64,000 nt of DNA from Ascidiella aspersa (Eukaryota): positions 26,660,001 to 26,724,000 of the forward strand of contig OZ004611.1 of the NCBI GenBank assembly GCA_963924565.1. The letters run 5' to 3'. Under the pieces are notes generated by a model. It did no database searches. It was not told the origin of the DNA and saw only the letters and a program-made list of their open reading frames with translations. The translations under genes were made by a program, and so were the position numbers. Position 1 is the stretch's first letter; every line of letters starts with the position of its first letter. Below, piece by piece: positions 48,269 through 60,300 of the stretch.

Positions 48269-51200
48269 GAGATAGCGAGAGTTCAAAGCAATAAACTGAT
48301 GTCGTCGAACGGCACATGTACATATACAGCCTTCGAGTCAAACAGTTTCAAAACCTTCCCTTAACGAAGATGGAAACGCCCCGCGACTTCAGTTTTTCCC
48401 GAGCATTATTGCATTCGTTATATTTTACTTTTTACAACTATGGCGGTTTTGTCACCTATAATATGCAATTCATAACGCAATGAGAGTACTGGCGTGGGGG
48501 GTTGGGATGGATACTTAGCACAAGATTGAGGTTTTACGGGGAAAATTCGCTTGCTGTGGGATATGGGAAACCTCGGAAAACGTTGCGGGCAAATTTACGT
48601 ATATTACTTACTTAGAAATACGTAATGGGTAAGTTTGAAAGATGGGGTAACACCAAGTGGGCCAAACAGACTTGTAATGACCTGACCGTGGCAGAAATTC
48701 GTTAAAAGCATTTTTCCTGTGCCTTTAAAGAATTAAATTTCCCGACGTGCACTTTGGTCATGCAGATATCTATTTTGCCGGTAAACAGTCGCAGTTTAAT
48801 AATGCATTTTAGACAGGCGTTCCCAGCAGCATTATATGGAAGCCGCCGAATTTCCCCGTTTGCCAGTTTTTGTGCACATTTTGTTTTGTAAAGTCGCCGC
48901 GGTATTTTTTCGTTGCTTCTCACGGCGCAAATGGCGTTTTCATGCAAATTATATTCGCGATAAGGTCTATGACCCCCTTGCTGTGTTTACAAAGTGCCCC
49001 CCACCTCCAGGTGGTTACCAGGGGTGGTTTAATTGCTGTCGCGCCAACAAAAAAACGCTTTGAACTGGTGAAAATTCGCAGGGTATCGCGTTTAGGTTGC
49101 ATCACAAACAGTTCCCGATATTCACCTGTTTGGGTAAAGATTGTAATGCACCTCTTTCTAAAGGGCAAAATAAAGCGGAATTCCGGTAAAACCCTTCTCC
49201 TTCTTTACTTTGCGTCGTTATTATTTTGACCTGTGACGTTGTGTGCCACGGATGGCTCTGGGTTAGACCTTTACCCTATTCCTAAGGGGTAAAAGGACTT
49301 TTGTTAAAGATGTTTTCTCTCCATTAAGTTAAGCTAGTTGCTTTGTCTCGCAAAATGCTAAAAATTAACGTATTGTCAAAAACCGTTTTCATTTAATAAA
49401 AGTGTTTACTTTTTACAAGACAAGACATACTTGTCACAGTAGTTCTATGTGTTAGCACGACCAGCCAATGTCAAATATATTTTTTGAATGTCAAATACAT
49501 TCAAAGAGCCTTACACAGTTCAAACGACTTTGCCTGCCAGTTACAGTGTTGCCGTTTTCTTTACAATGCGTGATGTTGTGATGTATAATCGTATAAATAC
49601 ACGTTTTATGAATATTCGGCTATTCGTCTTACTCTACCTGTTATAGGATAAACGAAGTCATAGGTTATACCAGTCAAAACTCAGTTATTTGCAGAAAGAA
49701 TTAGTTTAGGAACAAAATGTTATTAGCAACGCTTAAGTGTATAGAGCAGTGTTTCTCAGCCTTTTATGGCTAGCGGCACCCCTCAGAAATAATAAATTGA
49801 TTGAGCACCCCTAAAAGATTTTTCCGAGGGTAATACACACATATAACAAACCATAAACGAAACTGGAACAACTCGCATCAACTTTACACAACATACGAAG
49901 TTATAACTGGATTCGTTCCACTCTAATTTTACCCAAATGTTACAGTTGAGCAAAAATCAGACTCTTAAAGATTCTAAAATATCTCTCGGCACCATTTAAC
50001 GTTAGAAATGACACCCCAGGGTGCCGCGGCCTCAAAAACCTCATTTTACACATGATTTTCAAGAAATTTCCCCTTATATAACCGCAGTAAAAAGGGTGGA
50101 TCAACGAAATAACATTGCGGCCGAGTTGATATTTCCTATAGTATCATTACGTACGAATGAAAAGGAGATTGTTTGGCAAAACACGGAGATAAATCACAAA
50201 GTTTAGCCCCAACAAGCCTTAAGTCGACATTACACTGCGGTCTCCAGAAAATAAAAATTATGGTTCTATGGTCTCAAAAATGTATTGCCTAGCTTTACTA
50301 ACAATTATCATAATGTTAGTTATATGGTTTATTAAAAGCAATAGTCAGTACTAATATTTATTACTTTAAAGATTATTACTTCAAACTAATTCTTATTACA
50401 AGCGCATTTTATTGAGATACCCAATCCAACGTTTATAAACTAAACTTAAGAGAAATAACTGCGTAAATAAAAAAAACAAGCCAAACAAAAGAAATTCAGG
50501 ACGGCGTCATAAATCTGATACAGTAATCAAATTTTAATTTTATTTTATTTATTTGAGGGGCGGTGCGTAGTCTCATTTTACTTTTTCAATCAATGAACTA
50601 TGATCCCAAGAAATGCTCTATTAATAGAACGTATGGGGGAATTATTGGGCAGTACAAACATCAGTTTGTTAGAAGGTTAGAGTTAAATGACTATAGCCTT
50701 TAAATTTTCTGTTTAAATTTCTGTTTTGATACATACCTTAATTTCACGTGTTAATAGCATCGCGGTGCTTTTATTCGTTATCTGATTTAGAGAAAAAAGC
50801 ATTTAAAATTCCATACAAAAACTTGTATTTTTACTGTTTAAGTTAAGGGTTGTCAGCGGACATACATGTTTAGAAACTCGCAAACAGGCAGCTCTAGAAA
50901 TAAAGCTGGAGACAACAATGTCACATGGGGGTTACAGCATTTAATCAATCCAAACCGCCGGCACAACTAGCCTGTCTATATTTAACGCCAAAACGTCACA
51001 ATTAGGAACACCTGAGAACTAAGTTATCTTGGAAACTGGGTAAAATTACCTGGATGACGCAACTTATCATTGGACTTCGCGAAACCGAAACGTGACTTTT
51101 AAATTCCTCGCTATAAAAAGCCAAACAATAGCGAATAAAATCTCTAACAAAAGGGTGATATCCGTTGCGCACTAAAATACCGAAATTAAATGTAAAAAAA

Positions 51201-52112
51201 CACGGTTGTCCATCGTCTTTTTACATATAAAACGCACAGCGGTCGTCCGCGATATTCTTAGACATCCCGCAAAACGCAAGTAGCCCGCAGGTCACGTGCA
51301 ATGTGACCCAGCAGAAAATGACTTCTGCGGAAATTTTAGCGTGCCAAAGCCGCGACTTTCGCGCTATCGACCCGGCAAAAACTTCTGCTGAAACTTAGCG
51401 CAGTCAAGATGCTAGCGACTGTTGGCAATTTAGAAATCGCGCAACTGACAGAAGCGAATGGCGATAGGCCTTAATAAGGGGTTTCGATCAATTTGGGAAA
51501 TAATCAAGGCCATAGAAATTGTTCAATTACGCGCAATAGGCAGAGGTACATCGGGTGGGTATAGACGCTAGAAATAGTCACGACAGGCGAAAGGGGATTT
51601 TATAAAACGTGCGCGCAGAACACAAGGGTTCGAGGGGCAGTCAGGCGTTACCTTAGTTAGAGTTCAAAGTTTACCCAGGCTGACTGTATTGCAACTGAAT
51701 GGAAATGGCGAGACAGGTTAAACTCCTCATGATGCAATATATAGGTAAGCGGCTTTTTGACTTTGGGGATCTTTCGTTCTGTCGATAATAAACCGCTTTT
51801 TCAAGACCAACTGTTCCTGTATTTTTTTCTGAGAGTTTAATCAAGGATAATTGGATCTGGCCACTTTATTTAATTCGAGTAAAAACGCAAACGAACAGAT
51901 TGTAAAACGCAAAACTTCATTCTCGGGGATTTTACAAAAGAAAAACAGCGACAAAAAACACTCCAAAACACTTGGAATAGTTTGCGATCTATGGCTATGA
52001 CGTCATCGACAAACAGCATTTTTGTTTAGTTTTCTCACGTTTGCTCGGGACATACCTTTAGCCACACGCACAGGATGCTTTCGCTGGGCAATTGTTCGAC
52101 AATGAGAAAATC

Positions 52113-52122
52113 GGGGTTTTCC
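52113..52122 (+). promoter_or_regulatory. NF-kB/Rel consensus site upstream of peptide gene D
   Basis: GGGGTTTTCC matches GGGRNWYYCC, ~350 bp before a TATATAAA box. Motif only. Confidence 0.35.
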
Positions 52123-52462
52123 GACGAAATTTCGATTTTCCCGAGAAGTGGTTTCGTTCACTTTCGTGTTTCGTTATACGCACAACGATTCGCGCCAATT
52201 TTTTTTTACAAACAAAAGGTTTGTTCGCGAAACACCTTACAAATTAAGGAAAATCGCCAATTATGTGGCAAAGCGGGTAACGGCGATGAAACTCGCAAAT
52301 TTCCCTGGGTGCATAATTTCAACAATGGCATGTTCGTTTTATTAAAAAATCAAGGGTAACGCTTCCGCTGGGTATATCAGTATGCAAAGGACCGAAAAAA
52401 CCCGACGTCGACATAGTGAAACAGAACAGGCACATGACTGAGCATCAATTTTACAAGCGGGC

Positions 52463-52470
52463 TATATAAA
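52463..52470 (+). promoter_or_regulatory. Candidate TATA box of peptide gene D
   Basis: gggc-TATATAAA-aaag, ~150 bp upstream of the ATG at 52612. Confidence 0.45.
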
Positions 52471-52611
52471 AAAGTTCGTCTTAAAAACGGCTGCAGACAA
52501 GGTGGCTTACGCGACGAAGATCATTGTAGACAAAATTTAGTCAAGCCTAACGTTTAAGTGTCATTTAGAAGGGACTGTGTAATATTAAAGGGAGCTACGA
52601 AAATTGCTGCG

Positions 52612-55600
52612 ATGTATACGAGTCATAAAGTTGTTCTCTTTCTTGTCATTTCTTTAATGATTTTGTCGGATTTTGGTGAAACGAGGTACACAAGACGGTC
52701 TTCAGGTAAGTGATGCTTTTAGCACAAAAAGGTGTATCATTTGAGCTTATAAATAATTGTGAATTTTATACTATACAATGAAATTGTATGGTCTCCTATC
52801 TAAATTATAGCTTTACAGTTTTACCTAAAAAGTGTTAGTTTTATTTACAATACACTATATAGCAATGATGTATCCGGCAAAGGTAACACACAACCGGGTT
52901 AAGAAAATTACGAAGTACCAAAAATGCTTAATCTAAAATCAAACAAATAACTTATAATTCGTGGTATTCTCTGAAATAAGTATTGGGGCTGTGACAAGGC
53001 CAGACATTAGTCAGATTTTATCAATGGGTCAACTAAATCACGAAGAATAGAGCCTAAGAATATTTAGCCTTGGTAATAAAGCCAGGTCATCTATTTGAAT
53101 AGAAAACAAACAAAACCTGTTTTTATACAGCGAAGTATGTATTTCTATCTATGCTGAGAAATGATTCATCATCAGTTTTTACTAAAAACTCTAATTTGCT
53201 ATATGTACAGAAAATTACATTTATTGTCTTCGTGAGATTTCAAGTGTTACGCTTAAAAATAAAACAGTAATCCATATTTTTTTCAGAAGACGGAAACAAC
53301 GACATGAAGCGTGAAAATGAGATTCCAAGAGTGGTACGTAATAATTACGTATAAAAAGCAAAAACAACATACGCCAAAAAATCGTTCTGTTTTAGCTGCT
53401 GGACATTACCAACCAATGTACTGTACCTCATTTTTTCTTGTTTCCACTTGCCGATTTGCTTTAAAAAGTGATTATAAGTTAAGAAAATATATCTTAGGAT
53501 CACTTTGTCACTTGTTATGTGCCAACAAGCAAACCATGTTTACAGTTTTAACCAAAAGTGCCTCATGATTTCATGTAGGCAGGGGTTCTCAACCTGGGGG
53601 CCTTTTTATAAGGGGTCCATGAACAAATACTATTTTTTTAATTTATCATCACTAAGTCTACCGGTACTCCACTATAACAAACTAAAATAAATTAAATCTT
53701 TCTTTGTATACTTTTAGATTTATTAATAACATTATTTTAAAATTTGCGCAATGGCTACCCCTGCAAAAAGAAGAAAATATAATAAATAGTTATCTGTGTT
53801 GTATTTATAACATTTAAAGTTCTTGCTACCGGTTACTGTATAAACCAGTTTTTTAATCAAAATGACGTTTCCTAATTTTAACAAAAGGTTGAAAAAATAG
53901 GGGGGTCATTGATTTCTCAAAATTTTCAAAGGGGGACACGGTGTAAAATAAGTTGGGAACCCCTGATTTAGGGTGTCAAAAAATGAATCAACATTTTTAT
54001 GTAGGAAGATGCAAAATGAATGCTAAGAGTTGGTAAAATGTATGCCAATATGAATCTATTGAATCAAACTGTCAAGCGGTTCAACCATATTTATACACTC
54101 CAACAAAATACAACGACAGCTTGGTCTTATTTGTTTATTTAAATATTCAGAAATTTTGTTGGCTGTGTGTATAACCCAAACGTTCTCTATATTATTGCTT
54201 AACCTTAACAATGTAAACGTAATATATCAATTATAAAACCTGTAGATTATTATTTATGTTCGATGCCAGCATTTCTATACATTTAGGTCTGTCACCTTCA
54301 TTTTTAAACGACGTTAATATAAACCAGAGATTTTCAATCGGGGGTCGCAAAGCGTTTTTAGGTAGTGCTTATTTTTCGAATTAGTATAAAATTTACAAAA
54401 CGTTTGTACTTTAATTGCGCGGTAGGTTTATTTATTTAAGCACCTGTTGAGATGTTATTTTTCTTGATTTTAATTATCTACTCGACTATATAAAACAGGG
54501 GTCGGCAACCTTTTGCTATAGTCGCGGTTAAAACAAACTCTGCAAGATTTTTGCGGCCCGTAATCAATTACCACTTTTGTTTAAAATGTGCGACTTTTAA
54601 GTATTTATCACAATAACCATTATCAGGTGCGGATCAAATTTCTTTATGTAACTGAAGCTTAATCGGGAACACACAATAAGACCTGAAAAGCAACTATACC
54701 TAAAGAAGAAAATTCTTTAAAATTATACGTTCAAACTCGTCTAAACAAGACCTAATCCTGTCAGAATACGTCCTAAATTCATCTCCTGTAAACTGTAGGT
54801 AGAGAGTGTGGGACGATCGGGGGTCGTTGGCCTGGCATCGGCCGTTTTGGTGTCGACGTTTGGACGCCCTAGTTCAGTGGTTCCCAAACTATTTTATTCC
54901 GTTGCCCAACGTATTTTACAAAACAGATGGTGGCCATTGTTTTTCACATCTATAGTTATGACTAGTACATATTAATTACCAAAAGTTTTCCAATATTATA
55001 AACATTTTTATTCCTTGATACCATTTGTCTAACAACAAATGTAACTTTATTGAGTTTCTGTTCAGTCTGCTGAAGTTAAACAACTTGCGCGCACAGTTTT
55101 CGCAGTCACAAGACATTTTAGATATGCCAACAATTATTTTAGTAAAACAAAACGCGTAGTTGCAACATTTTTAAATAGCTCTTTGGTCCACCTAAGGTAG
55201 TCTCATGGCCCACAGTTTGGGAACCACTGCCCTAGTTTGACCGGCACCGTTAGGGAGCCGCTGTTTTGGCACCAGATTTTTGGCCCTGTTTGGGGTTATT
55301 TAGACGGTACAACGACTATTATGTATTAGATCTATTTTTGTTTTATTTATTCCAAACTGTGTTTTATTCTGACGTTGTTGTTCTTTTTTCGGTATTATGA
55401 CTCGAGTCCGTTTAATCTATTAAAGTCAAGCAACGCTTGAAGCTGAAAACAATAGCGTTTGTTCGGTTTAAGTAGAAATAAAATAATTCAGAAGTAAAAG
55501 TGACGCTTTGGGCACACACAATATATGCACATATTTAACTCGTTGCCGTTGTTGAAGGTTTTTCTTAATCACGTAAAGTAGTCTATCCGAGTAAAACTAG

Positions 55601-57354
55601 TAGGAATTAGGTCGGAGAACGTGTAAATAGTGTTGGCTTTTTCATGCGCATAACAAGTTTGAGGTGTTCAAATTCACTTACAACAACAATCTATTTAAAT
55701 ATAAAAAATGATGCGCGCAAAGCACGATTTTTTTTGCATTTCCGTATATTTAAAATATCCAAAAACATAGGAGATGACCTCGTGTTTAGTTTGTAAGATA
55801 TCGCGTACCAGATGATTTAGCAGGATCCGGATCGTGGGCTGCGGTTCCGGCTGGCCCCTAGTATAAAACATTAATTCCGTTCGCAGACAACATAACGTAA
55901 AATATTATCATACAAACATTTGAGGGTCGGTGAACGCTTCAAGGTCACCAAATGGGTCCGCCAAGACACAAAGGTTGCGAGCCGCTGTTCTATAAATTTT
56001 GAAGTTGGTTTTTCATGTTCGCTGCTAGTATTTTTACTTATTGCTGGTATTTTTACTTATTTCTGGTATTTTTACTTATTGCTAGTATTTTTACTTGCTG
56101 GTATTACTAGTATTTTTCACTCATTGCTTTTTGAGGAGATGGCAATATTATGTGATGTTGATACAGGTAAACGCTACCACTGAATCACGAGCGATGGAGA
56201 GACAGAGACGAAGCACAGACGACGACTGGAAGTTTTACTGTTTCACCTTCACAAATTATTGCTTGCGTCGCAGCTGCAAAGAAGTGCTGCACAGAAGAGG
56301 TAAAAAATTCAACAAAACGGTTTTTTCAAACTAATTCAAACGGTTACTTCAAACTAGTCGTGTCAGAGCGCACATAATGTCTTCATTGAGTTCTAAATAA
56401 ATCGAAAGTGATGGTCAGAAATAATTAATCAACGAGGACTGTTTGTGTTGGAACAGTTTATGGGAGAATTTTAAAGGTTAAACAATCGAAAATAACTGAT
56501 GCTTAATTGTTTTAACCGTTTTGTGTTAAAATAAAACTTGTATAGTTCAGCACTTTAAACAGTATTAGTGGCGGGTAGATTTGTGGTAACCTCAGTACTA
56601 TTATTGCGACGAGTCCAACACCAGTACCAATACCATATAGGTACAGTTAACCCTAATTTGGTGAAATACTCCTGAATACCAACAGTTCAATAAAACTGTT
56701 AAAATACTGCGTTGTATGTCGATCAAAAATATGTTTGCCTAAAAAACAGCAAAAAAATGCGTCATAATGAGAATGAAAATAAGCAATCACATAAGAACTA
56801 AAATATTCAAAATTCTCCTATTAATTCGATCTGCTCCTAAAGTGGCTTTTAAATCATGAAAGTCAATAATTTCTTTAAAAATGAGTTTGCGTTAGTCTTT
56901 CTGCAGAGTTTAAAAGCGTTTTAAAATTTAAAAAAATGAAAAGAATATACTCTTTTGGTAAAAAACGCATTTTGTTTTCTATGGATTTCAATAGAAACCT
57001 ATTTCTTCATATCGTATATCAAAGAGTCTTTATATTAAACTATTAAAAAATGAATAATGAATAAAGAGTTATTCAAAACGTTTAAAATGATAGCTATACT
57101 TCTGTATGGGCTTTAATATTCTTACTATAAGTCCTACCGCAACCTTCAACCATTTTTATCTAAAAAAAATAATTAAACTTCAAAATATAAACTCAAAGCC
57201 GCTTGAGTATTGACACTTTTTAAGACTGTAGCAATTAGCATACTTCAAACGCATAACATTTCTCTCATAAATTTCAGGTGTCCGAAGCATAGCGTTCCGG
57301 GGCTGTATGAGGTGTCATATGAGCTACTGCGCTGGTCAAAGCGCTCCTTTCTAA
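52612..57354 (+). CDS. Cysteine-rich prepropeptide D (divergent member of the same family), 116 aa
   Basis: Exons 52612-52705, 53287-53333, 56167-56299, 57278-57354 (phases 1,0,1). Protein MYTSHKVVLFLVISLMILSDFGET-RYTRRSSEDGNNDMKRENEIPRVVNATTESRAMERQRR|STDDDWKFYCFTFTNYCLRRSCKEVLHRRGVRSIAFRGCMRCHMSYCAGQSAPF*. RQRR furin site; C-x6-C-x4-C-x16-C-x2-C-x4-C. Confidence 0.85.
53580..53965. mobile_element. hAT-type MITE in intron 2 of gene D
   Basis: TIRs caggggttctcaac / gttgggaacccctg; TSD imperfect. Confidence 0.65.
54496..55860. mobile_element. Nested hAT-type MITEs in intron 2 of gene D
   Basis: Outer ends caggggtcggc / gctggccccta with TSD atataaaa/gtataaaa. Inner element 54875-55229 has perfect 16-bp TIRs cagtggttcccaaact / agtttgggaaccactg and perfect 8-bp TSD ccctagtt. 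Confidence 0.78.
56022..56130. repeat. Minisatellite, ~16-19 bp unit (ct(a/g)gtatttttacttattg)
   Basis: About 5-6 imperfect copies immediately upstream of the exon 3 acceptor of gene D. Confidence 0.75.
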
Positions 57355-60300
57355 AGTTTACACCACAAGTCGTACCTTCTTCGACCGCAACAAAGACCAT
57401 TCGCATACCTTATTACGTTTTCTACTTTTTTATTTATATATATATACATATATACACGTGTGTGTGCTATTTATACTGCCTATTTTTTACTTGCAAAAGT
57501 GCTGTTGTTTTTTACTCGGAAAACGGTAAAACCGTATTAAAATCGTTATAACTTGTTTTGTGTTACTATTTTTGTTGTCAATTCAGCATTCGTCCATATA
57601 TGCGTATTTATTTGCAATTCGAAACAGTCACCCATCTTAGTTTAAATGATTAATTAATCTATGAATTTTCTAAAATTGTAGTAATATGTTGGGCAAGTGT
57701 TGGTTTGCACGACGCCCTTCTCGAAATAATAACATCAAATAAATCACTTTATATTGCTGATAAATTTTTACCAGACATAAACGTTAGTATAGGTTTACAC
57801 ATATTTAATAATATAATTGCGATTAGCAGTGGAAACCATACGTTTGTTCCTTGGACAACAGGTTTTACGACAAAAACGGTAACTAAACCGAACAGAGAAG
57901 CAAGAGTTTTAATGACGGAATTTATTCATGATTTCGGCCAATCGAAAATGTTCCTAATTTAGTATTATACTATCAAATAATTTAAAAAGAAAATATTTTT
58001 ATCTGCCTAATGAATGGTCAAAGTTCGCCAGTCGAACACAAATTGTACAATACCGGGAGATACATGTTGACTTTTGTACGCCATTTTTTTCTATTAGCGC
58101 TGTATTTTTACTCTGACAAACCCGTTTGTTTTTAATTTACGTTTTCGTTTCAAAAAAAATATTATTATTATATGAAAATGCGTTGAAACGTTGTGTTCAA
58201 TCCAGTTGGAATTGATTTCCGAGTGTAATAATATCCTAGAAATAAAATAAAAACGCGCATTTCGCACATTTTGAATAGTATGATTAATATTATTAAATTT
58301 ATAATATGGCATCCAATCTTACCACAGGAGTTATTGCTATACTGTAGCAATTAAAAGTGTTTTTGCTCAGAAAAAATATGGATCGTTGGCTATTGGGGTA
58401 CGAGCGAAAAATTATCTATTTCAAAAATAAAATGGCGACGTGTAGCTCATAACGCGCAGTCTCAACCGGTTAGAGCTACTTTTCGGTCGTCATTGTAAAA
58501 ATATTTGCGGTTTTTCCGCGAGACCTACTTTGCATAATCTGGGGCCGGGCACATCGTCGGCACAGACGAACGGAATCATGCCTTTTGAAGCTGAACCCGA
58601 GTGTTTGACGGATCTCAATCTTTCGTTGTTCGCGCGACTTTGAAAGATTAAAGTTTGTTTTGCCTATCTACCTATTGTCATGGCTACGGTGATAAATATT
58701 TATTCAGCGAACGGACTGAGAGAATTCCACTTGACTGGCACACGCCGACCCAAAGCAACTAACGATTGTATTTTACCAACGCGTTTAGAATAAGAGATGA
58801 CAAGCCAAAAACCTTCATAACTTTAAGGAGAATCACTAAAAACAAATTTTGTTTCGCGTGAACTAAGGCCGACAAGAAATTTTTATAACTAACATCATAA
58901 ATGGAGGTTATTAAACAAGTAGACATATAGGAAACCTATGTTTTCGGTCCAACAATATATAAAATGGAAATGAGTCTATAAACACATTCAATGCTAAAAC
59001 ATTTTCCTTAATTAAACATTTTTCTTATAAATATGTATTCCATTTTTCAAATATTACACTAATATTTCAATTAGGTCTTCTTGGACCCCCTAAAACTATA
59101 TCGTGTAGCCGCAAGGGATCCATGAAATCCCGTTTAAGAACCCCTGCTGAAGCGCTGCAACTTTTCACACACTTAATCATTGTGAATGTCATTCATATGA
59201 ATGTTTTAATCGGTTTTCTGTAATCGAAGTGCCAAGGGTTTAACCGTGTAGCTGACAAGCAAAAATAGAACTGCGCCGTTTTTTTTAATTTTATCGAACA
59301 AAATCAGTAGGATTTAAACTAAAAAATGGGACCCAACTATGAGGCATATTTAACTTTTTAGTTAAAATCACAGGTGGCATAATTAAAACTAGGTTCACAA
59401 CGGACGTGACCCCAACTATCGACTTTCTCCGAGGGTAGCAGTGACAGTGTGCGTGTGTGTGTTGGTGTGCGGCGTTTATTTAAAAAACAAGAAGCCTGTT
59501 TACAGTACACTACCGGTAGCGCTTTAGCCTCGGATTTCAAGCTCAAACGTGTGCGCTCGCGGTAAACGAACATTGAAAAGGGCAGCGATGCAAAACTGTG
59601 GGTTTACTTTGGAAGAGTCGTTCCCACAAGTCAAACCCCAAACTTTCGTCTTTTGTTCTTAAATTTGAGTGCTCGGGGGAAATAACCGTTGTAATAACTT
59701 TTCGGTACAAAAAAATTTCAAATATAAGTAGGTAGACGAGCATGAACGCAATGTTAAATAGTTGTAATAAAATTAACGTTGTGCATCAATGTTAACTTTG
59801 GAGATGTTTTTACTAAACAACTGGATTCGTTGCTTTATCGATCCTTGAAGAACAAAAAAACAAATATGATTTAGAAAAATTTTATTTCTTAAAACATTAG
59901 TGCTTTAACAGTAGATCCAACATTATTAAATCGACAACCAGAAAAAAATCGGGATTTTCGACGTGGCGCCAAATGGACAACTTCCCCTGAGAAACTAATG
60001 TTTAGTCAGTTGACTAAAATATGAGTCTTTGTTTTCGCCTTTTAACAATCTTAATTTCAAATAGATTTTTTAAGTGTATATAAATGTAAAAAACAACTGT
60101 TACTTTATTGATTTCATAAACCAACAAGATTGAGTTCTACTGACGTCTACCGGTAGTTCAATACTAAACGAATTACCACGTGAGAGAAAATAAAATACCA
60201 CAGCGGTCGCAGGGTTACTATTAATGCAATAACTAAAAGCAAAAAGTACTAAAACATGTTTTACAAACGTCGGCCTGTAAACACTGTGTTAGAATATTAA

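Noticed and set aside
48013-57160. Same MITE just upstream of exon 4 in genes C and D as a shared ancestral insertion
   Set aside because: The apparently shared flank (cttactac..aacctcc) also adjoins copies at ~25640 and ~62650, so it belongs to the element or its target; the family is common in this window.
28113-57354. Peptides as insulin/relaxin-like ligands of the neighbouring RXFP-type receptor
   Set aside because: No CC-x3-C-x8-C A-chain or CG-x10-C B-chain motif; six Cys and dibasic sites alone are insufficient, and the receptor lacks the LRRs that bind relaxins.
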